Of a DNA stretch of 64,000 nucleotides, positions 60,864-64,000 are shown in pieces. Source of the DNA: Podarcis erhardii (Eukaryota); the NCBI GenBank assembly GCA_964252035.1, contig OZ176209.1; one strand, given 5' to 3'. The translations under genes were made by a program, and so were the position numbers. Under the pieces are notes generated by a model that was not told where the DNA came from, ran no database searches, and was given only the letters and a program-made list of their open reading frames with translations. Numbering within the stretch: the first letter of the stretch is position 1; every line of letters begins with the position of its first letter.

Positions 60864-61147
60864 TGTTGCACCCCAAGTACCACCAACTCACAAAAATACA
60901 CATCATGGGTATTAAGTAGTGGGTGGACATAGCAGACGACACAGAGATTTCTCCAAGTAGGTCTTTATAAGTAAGCTGGAACTGAACTGAACAGCAAACA
61001 GCTCAGCCGGTCTGCTTTTATAGGCAGCCGGCTGTCAACATTATAACAACAACAGCCCAGGGTTTCCCGCCTAAATTAACTTACATGGACCTGAGTGAAA
61101 ACTATATACACAATCCCCCTGATGGCCAGGGTGAGAACTTCAATACA
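60864..61147 (-). mobile_element. Probable short solo LTR
   Basis: TG..CA ends, minus-strand TATAAAA near 61016-61022 and a degenerate poly(A) signal. TSD imperfect. Confidence 0.45.
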
Positions 61148-63411
61148 CATCGTAGGGACAAACGAAAGCAGCCCTGTGCAATCTACCAATGTAGTAGACT
61201 TTAATTTGATGGTGGTTCAAGGAGATTGGTTTTTAATTCTACGGATCCAGCTTTTACCCTGGGAAAATTCTATGGATCCAGCTTTTACTCCATGGTAAAG
61301 CAGTGTGCGAGGCTGTACACACACTTTCTATCTGACTGATGAGGGAAGAGAAGGAACTGGGGATGGGGAGATGTCCATGGTACTCTCTCAATATTCCATC
61401 TCTGCTCATGAGCCCACAAAGCCCTTATCTCATCACTGGAAAACATTACTGTGGATTCCTGTCCACCATTAAGTTGTTAAAGTAACTGAAACTTAATTAT
61501 TTTAAAAGTCATAGGATCATTTTGAGATACACCCCCCCCAAATAGATAATACTGCTTAATATTATACTATAAAATGTTATGACAGTTGGAGAAGGGGAGA
61601 GTGTTTCATAACATACTTGGGGAGATGAAATTAATTGCCTCCCATGAATTTTACATCCATTTTTCATTCCAAAACATCTCAACCACAGAGCTATATTAAC
61701 ATCTACACACAAGTTTGCCTTGCAGAGAAAAAACTCTCCCTTATCTGTCATATCATTCTTACGAAACTCTGCACAATTTGCAAGAAAAGTTGACTTACAT
61801 GTCACTGTGGCTTTAAGACTGAATACAATAATGATTGGCTGCAAGTGGTAAGATTTGAGGTGCTTTCTCTGCCCCCCCCCCCCGACCACTTAGACCTTTA
61901 TGAGAACCCTACAATCAATTCACTACTTCAAATGGAAGTGAGCCATATAAAGCAGTTTGTATTAATTATGAAAAAAAAATGTCTGGCAACTTTAAAATAC
62001 ATTGATGGGGATTTGTTTACAATCTGCAGAAATTGAGAACAAATTTGTAGTTTCAAAAATATTCATGGCGGAAATAATCTTGGAATAATATGAATATATC
62101 TGTTTAGAACAAATGTTTAAAACTATGTTAAATCTTTTGTATCTTATGTTGTATTACTATAAGTGGGGAAAATATTAATGCAAATAAATGAATTTAGCTA
62201 TGTCTGAGTCATTGACTCAGTAACTTCAACAAAAAGATAATTTTTCTAGGTTGATCATTAAGTCTGTATGAAAACCCCATATTCAGTTTAGATTTTCCCC
62301 TTGAGATGGAGGGTTGCCACCTGGCTGGTTTATTTTAATGACACATTATTTAGTGCTATCTGGTGTTTTCATAGAGTTATCAGTGGTAACCAGAATCTAG
62401 AGAGATGCTTTATTAAAATGCATTTTCATCCTTCATCTGTACAGTGAAGACATAAAGACAGCCAGCCAATTTAATTATAAATCTTTTCTCCATCCACCCT
62501 CCTTGAAGCAATGGTAAATCATTAGGAGTAGAAAAGGCATTCATGTGAACCAATTAAAAACAGGCATTTCCTCTTAGCTACTGTTCATTGGTGAAGAAGA
62601 ATGTTACTCTCCTTTTTCTTTCCTTGACATCAGGCGTAAGTGCAATATTTATGAAGGTCTTCAAATAAATTATATAGTGGAAAAATATTTCTATTGGGTA
62701 ATGAAATCAGGCACAAAAAGTACCACTAAAGCGAATGCAGCATAATTTGCTGAATCAGCTTCAATATTCATTTTAACAGACCAATGAAAATGCAGGCATA
62801 TATATAATGTAACAAAATTATCTGTCTGGAAGCTGGAAGGTTAGCATTTTTTGAAGATACAGGACAATAATAGACAATATTTTGGACAACACATTGCAAG
62901 ATAAGATAAGCATAACTTTTCTATTTATATTTATGAAGGTTAAATAGCAATTTAGCAAACTACAGGTCTCTGTTTATCTATGTTTAAACACTTGGTAGGC
63001 TAAGCAGCAGAGTGGGCATCCTTAGAAAACATGCTGAATGCAGTGGAAAATGGAACTGAATTTCTTCTAAGAAGAGTGGAGAGGACATCTCAATAATTTG
63101 TTCTAAACTCTGGATTGATATATATTGTGAGCAACAACTAAGGCCTAAGACCCTAAGCACTATCCAAGTAATTTGGTGTTCCCAAAAAGTTGTAGAGATT
63201 TTCAAATCCCAGGTGCATTATTTTTTATCTCTCTTTCTCTCTCTGTACACACAAACACACACACAAAATCATTTCCAAAAGCAAATAATGCAAATTGTAA
63301 TGCATTTGAATAACTCCGCTGCATATATGCAAAATCATGCTTATCACTTGTGCATGTAAACATATAAACTAGATGTTTAGCATATAAACTAGATGACTTA
63401 ATAGTGCCCAC

Positions 63412-63590
63412 TGTTGGAGGGGGATTTCCAGCCGGTGGCAGAGGACAGAGTGACTCCAGGAGACATAGGTGTAAAAACCCAAACTAAAACGAAGACTTTA
63501 TTACTAAACAATAAACACAAACTCTGGTGGGTGTTATTCCTGCAGGCAGGCTACAAAACTCAGCTTTTTCTTTTATAGCAATGGCCAGCT
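63412..63590 (-). mobile_element. LTR-like fragment
   Basis: TG start on plus, minus-strand AATAAA (plus-strand TTTATT near 63498) and TATAAAA (near 63572). The other end is obscured. Confidence 0.35.
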
Positions 63591-63594
63591 GCAG

Positions 63595-64000
63595 CCAATT
63601 AACCCCAGAAACTTCTTAAAGGTATACACACAGTGGCGTAGCGTGGGTTGTCAGCACCCGGGGCAAGGCAAGTAATTTGCACCCCCTAACCCGTGGATTT
63701 GCGCCCCCTAACCCTAACCCCAGATGTTGCGCCCGGTGCGCCCGGCCCCCCCTGCACCCCCACACTACGCCACTGTATACACACATGTTTCTGTGCCGAA
63801 TGTCCTCTAACACCCACTAGTATTAATTCAGATTTTAACCAATTAATTGTATAGCCAGAAATTGCAGCAACATTATTAATCAATTTTATTAGTTCTGGTG
63901 TGGATGATTCAGAACTACTAATAAATTTGCAATGTTCAGCTATTTTAAATTCCATTTATTTGTGTAAAAAAACCCCATGAATCTCCTTATTCTGCCTAGC
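63595..64000 (-). mobile_element. Old L1 RT fragment interrupted by a MITE
   Basis: RQNKEIHG..EFKI..FISSSESSTPELIKLINNVAAISGYTINWLKSELI matches the L1 RT region around a degenerate YADD. Confidence 0.65.
63631..63775. mobile_element. hAT-type MITE with CCCTAA-containing repeats (sister of 23189-23357)
   Basis: TIR CAGTGGCGTAG; perfect 8-bp TSD TATACACA. Confidence 0.88.

Noticed and set aside
61465-62190. Possible L1 C-terminal remnant
   Set aside because: AT-rich with faint resemblance only; too degenerate to support a call.
63631-63775. Interstitial telomere or chromosome-fusion scar
   Set aside because: There are only a few CCCTAA units, enclosed by TIRs and an 8-bp TSD, so it is a MITE.

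Overview
Vertebrate (squamate, probably lacertid lizard; inferred from its SINE families) intronic DNA. The only host coding sequence found is a 120-nt minus-strand exon at 210-329 that matches MAGI2 (S-SCAM) exon 3, in the guanylate-kinase-like domain. Everything to its right appears to be the long upstream intron, densely filled with transposable elements: Sauria-type and other tRNA-derived SINEs, L2, BovB, RTE, RTE-X-like and L1 LINE fragments, hAT- and Tigger-type MITEs, probable solo LTRs, and three short Penelope-type insertions that carry minimal hammerhead ribozyme motifs. The standout object is an intact and very young 5,486-bp Ty3/Gypsy chromovirus of the Tf1/sushi type (53799-59284), with apparently identical 393-bp LTRs and a 5-bp TSD. 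It shows an 11-nt self-priming PBS and a gag-pol -1 frameshift pseudoknot behind a non-canonical slippery site. Its chromodomain lacks most of the aromatic cage. Its Pol frame runs through the PPT and all of U3. The acidic integrase tail carries two tandem F-(acidic)-FxGF motifs that resemble the LEDGF/p75 IBD-binding (TND-interacting) motifs of JPO2, IWS1, POGZ and MLL1. This suggests a retrotransposon that targets integration by mimicking a host elongation-factor interaction motif; that reading is a hypothesis from sequence alone. All family names were assigned by eye without a database search.
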